A stretch of 64,000 nucleotides of DNA from Schmidtea polychroa (lineage: Eukaryota): assembly GCA_044892525.1 (NCBI GenBank), contig CM097885.1, forward strand, positions 41,728,001-41,792,000. Direction: 5' to 3'. Made by a program: the position numbers and the translations under genes. The number at the start of each line of letters is the position of its first letter. Positions within the stretch are counted from its first letter, which is position 1. Under the pieces are notes generated by a model that was not told the origin of the DNA, did not search any database, and was given only the letters and a program-made list of their open reading frames with translations. This document shows positions 61,300-64,000 of this stretch, one piece after another.

Positions 61300-63020
61300 A
61301 CCACTGACTCAGAACTTGATTTTTGGTCTTAAGCATTTTTACTCATCAGTTTACGAACTAAGCTTTGTGAATGAGATAGACGCTTTTCTATAGCTATTCC
61401 TTCATCTCCTTTATTAGGATTCTCACACGTTACAACATTAATATCTGGTTCCAAATCACTAAATAATTCTATAAATTTTACACTCAAAAACTTGTCTTTT
61501 CTTATCCAAGCATAGCTTAATATCTTCTTTCTCTTTTTTCCATACGCAGATTAACGGCGTGTTCCATGGGGAGTTGCGTTTCCGTATAATCCACCATAAA
61601 CACGTTTCCACTGTTCGTTATTATTTCCTTTAATTTACTATTCTCATTAATCTTTGGGTGTTCCAACACTCGCCTCAATCGCTCTCCATCCTTTATTTGT
61701 TTGATGAATTTTGCTTCAATGTTGCAAATATAGTTCTTGTCTTTTTCGCTATCTTTCTTTTTTGCCAGCTTATATCCAAATGCTTCTTGTAATTCTACTC
61801 TTCCAATCACCTCCGGTGTCACTTTCTCCGCCACAATGAATCTAACTTCCTTGGAAATATCTCCGATATTACTTTAACCTTTGTTCTTCCAATTGTCTCT
61901 ATCGTACTTTCATTTTCACATCGTTACTAATCATCGCTTCTCATCAATTTTTGTCCTCGTAACTTGTTAAAACATTTCACATTCATTACGTTTATTCGTG
62001 CTTCGGTGTCTAATAAACAGTCGAAAATTTCCCCATTTATCATTACTGTTACACTAGGTCTTCCCTGTAGCTTGTTATACAAAATTTCCCCTTGCCCCGT
62101 TTCAATTGTTCCAATTCTTTTCACTTCCTCTTCAAACTTTATTCTTCTTAGGAACCTGTATTCTTTCTCACTTACCCTTCCTATATTTTCCCACTTTCTA
62201 CCCCTTGAGAATATCCCATCCACTTTTCTGTTCGTATATGGTTCCAACCAACTCCTCTACTGGTAAAGCTCTGTTGTTTGGGTTCGTCCTACTAAAATCT
62301 TCATTTGTCTCTACGCACGATTCCTTTTCCTCTTCTTCCTCGATTCCATTAATCCGACTGTAGTCTGTTTCCTGTCGGTCTTTGTTTCTCTATCGTTTTC
62401 TTGTAACTCCACTTTGTATAACATTCTTCAGATCTATGACCATTTCTGTTGCATCTTTACACCGTATTTCTTGACACAATCTTCTTATATGATCTTCTTT
62501 GCCATACCCAAAACATCTTGGCACTTTTTTTCTGGACAATTCCTACTTATATGTCCGCTTCTGTGACTCGTCCAGCACTATATCTTACTTTTTACTGGAC
62601 AGTCTATTTTTGTGTGGCCTATTTTGTGGCATAGCCAGCACTCTGGTTCTTCTCGTCGCCTGCCTCCTTCTCTTTCATCTTTCTGCTTGTACGGTCCTCT
62701 TCTCTGTGGATCCTGATAGACCACTCTTGAGTAACTTTTCATAGCGTTTATCTGATCTCTCTGTTTCTCCACTTTATCCACCAGAATTAATGTTGCGTTT
62801 ATCTCCTCTGTGCTTTTTATCTTCCGCAATATTACTTCTTTCTCAACTTCTTTATTCTCAGCACATACTATCAACATCTTTGCTGTAATCTCTTTGGTGA
62901 ATTCTTTATTCTCAAACAACATGTTGACAAGGTCCTCTACTTTTTTGAAATATGTTTCAATCTCTTCGCCTCTTCTTTTATAATTCAATAAACTTTCCAT
63001 ATCTTTTATTACGTCTCTTT
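61300..63020 (-). mobile_element. Decayed Ty3/Gypsy gag-protease relic
   Basis: CWLCHKIGHTKIDC plus further degenerate knuckles; protease-like RPSVTVMINGEIFDCLLDTEARINVM; multiple frameshifts. Confidence 0.8.
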
Positions 63021-64000
63021 CGTCTTTTTGAAATACTTTTCAATAAAAATATTTTTTAAATTTAACAAAATTTCTAATTAAATCTTTAAGAATCTATCAA
63101 CTTCCTCATATTCTTCATTTACAATAAAACTCGAAACAATATCTACTAATCAAGATTAATTGCAATTTGATCGAGATGTCTGTGATAATAAATGAAATCT
63201 TGATTGTATTAAACAAACAAATTAATATTTGATGAAATTTAAGTTTATAATTAAACCACAACTAACAAAACTATTCCAGAAAGGTTTTGGAGAGACAGCA
63301 CTCAAAGGCTATGTTATAATAAAATATTCTTGTTCCTGTAAATATATAAAATATATAAATTCCAATACATAGCTTGGACTATCAGAATTTTGCATATGTT
63401 TAACTTTTAAAAAGAAATATTAGCAAAAATAAAAATTTGAGTAATTTATGGAAGAGAAATTATACAAGATTAAATTTCTCTCATAAATAAAAAATTTCTC
63501 ATTGAAAATGTTTTTGTTTTTGTTTTGTAAAGAATTTTTAAATAGAATATTTTAAAAATTACGCACCGTAAAAATCGTGAAAATCTTGTATCGTGCTGAC
63601 AACTTTTAAACAAAGCAGAACGAAATTTCTATGATAAATGATTCAATTCTTCTCGCACTCCAGGAAAAATGTAAATAATTGGATAATAAAACCTACAAAA
63701 CACTTTGAAATATGTCATTAAAAATATTTTAATTCTAATATGAAAAATAAGATAAATAATTTATGTAGAAAAGTTTTAGAAAAATTCTTAAATATTCTTA
63801 TTCTTATCTTAAATAATGAAAACTTTGCAATGGTTTAGAAGGTGAAATGATTAATATTAAATTTGTCAGATTTGTAGGATTTTGAATAAATATCATTTGT
63901 GAACATCTATTGCTAATGAAATGATATATTGATATATTTGACATTTACTGTTGGAGCCAATTATTAAATTTAACAATTGCAATTGACAGTTTATTTTGAA

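Overview
Very AT-rich eukaryotic DNA. The abundant (TAA)n/(TA)n microsatellites and a 49-bp intron suggest a planarian flatworm (inference). The left 13.2 kb is the 5' part of one large minus-strand Ty3/Gypsy LTR element that runs off the window start. It has an 894-bp LTR (12320-13213), a tRNA-Trp-like PBS, and one ~3000-codon polyprotein frame broken by a 1-nt frameshift and two in-frame TAGs. Domain order: Gag capsid, 4 CCHC knuckles, two [helical + ubiquitin-like] modules, a Bcl-2-like domain, a complete chuvirus-type envelope glycoprotein, protease, RT, RNase H, integrase. Downstream are a type-I membrane protein with FN3-like repeats and a REX4/ISG20-like DEDDh exonuclease ORF that the supplied ORF track misses. 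An envelope inside the Gag-Pol polyprotein, upstream of the protease, plus this cargo is the most striking system here. A solo LTR of the same family sits in a second, decayed Gypsy element (17.3-20.0 kb). A 7-coding-exon TMEM132-like host gene spans 22628-60355 (+, 987 aa when spliced). Its introns and flanks carry hAT, pogo, Mutator-like, R4/Dong-like and Penelope-like relics, one with a minimal hammerhead-ribozyme-like motif. A third Gypsy gag-protease relic lies at 61.3-63.0 kb. All domain calls are by-eye motif recognition, not database searches.
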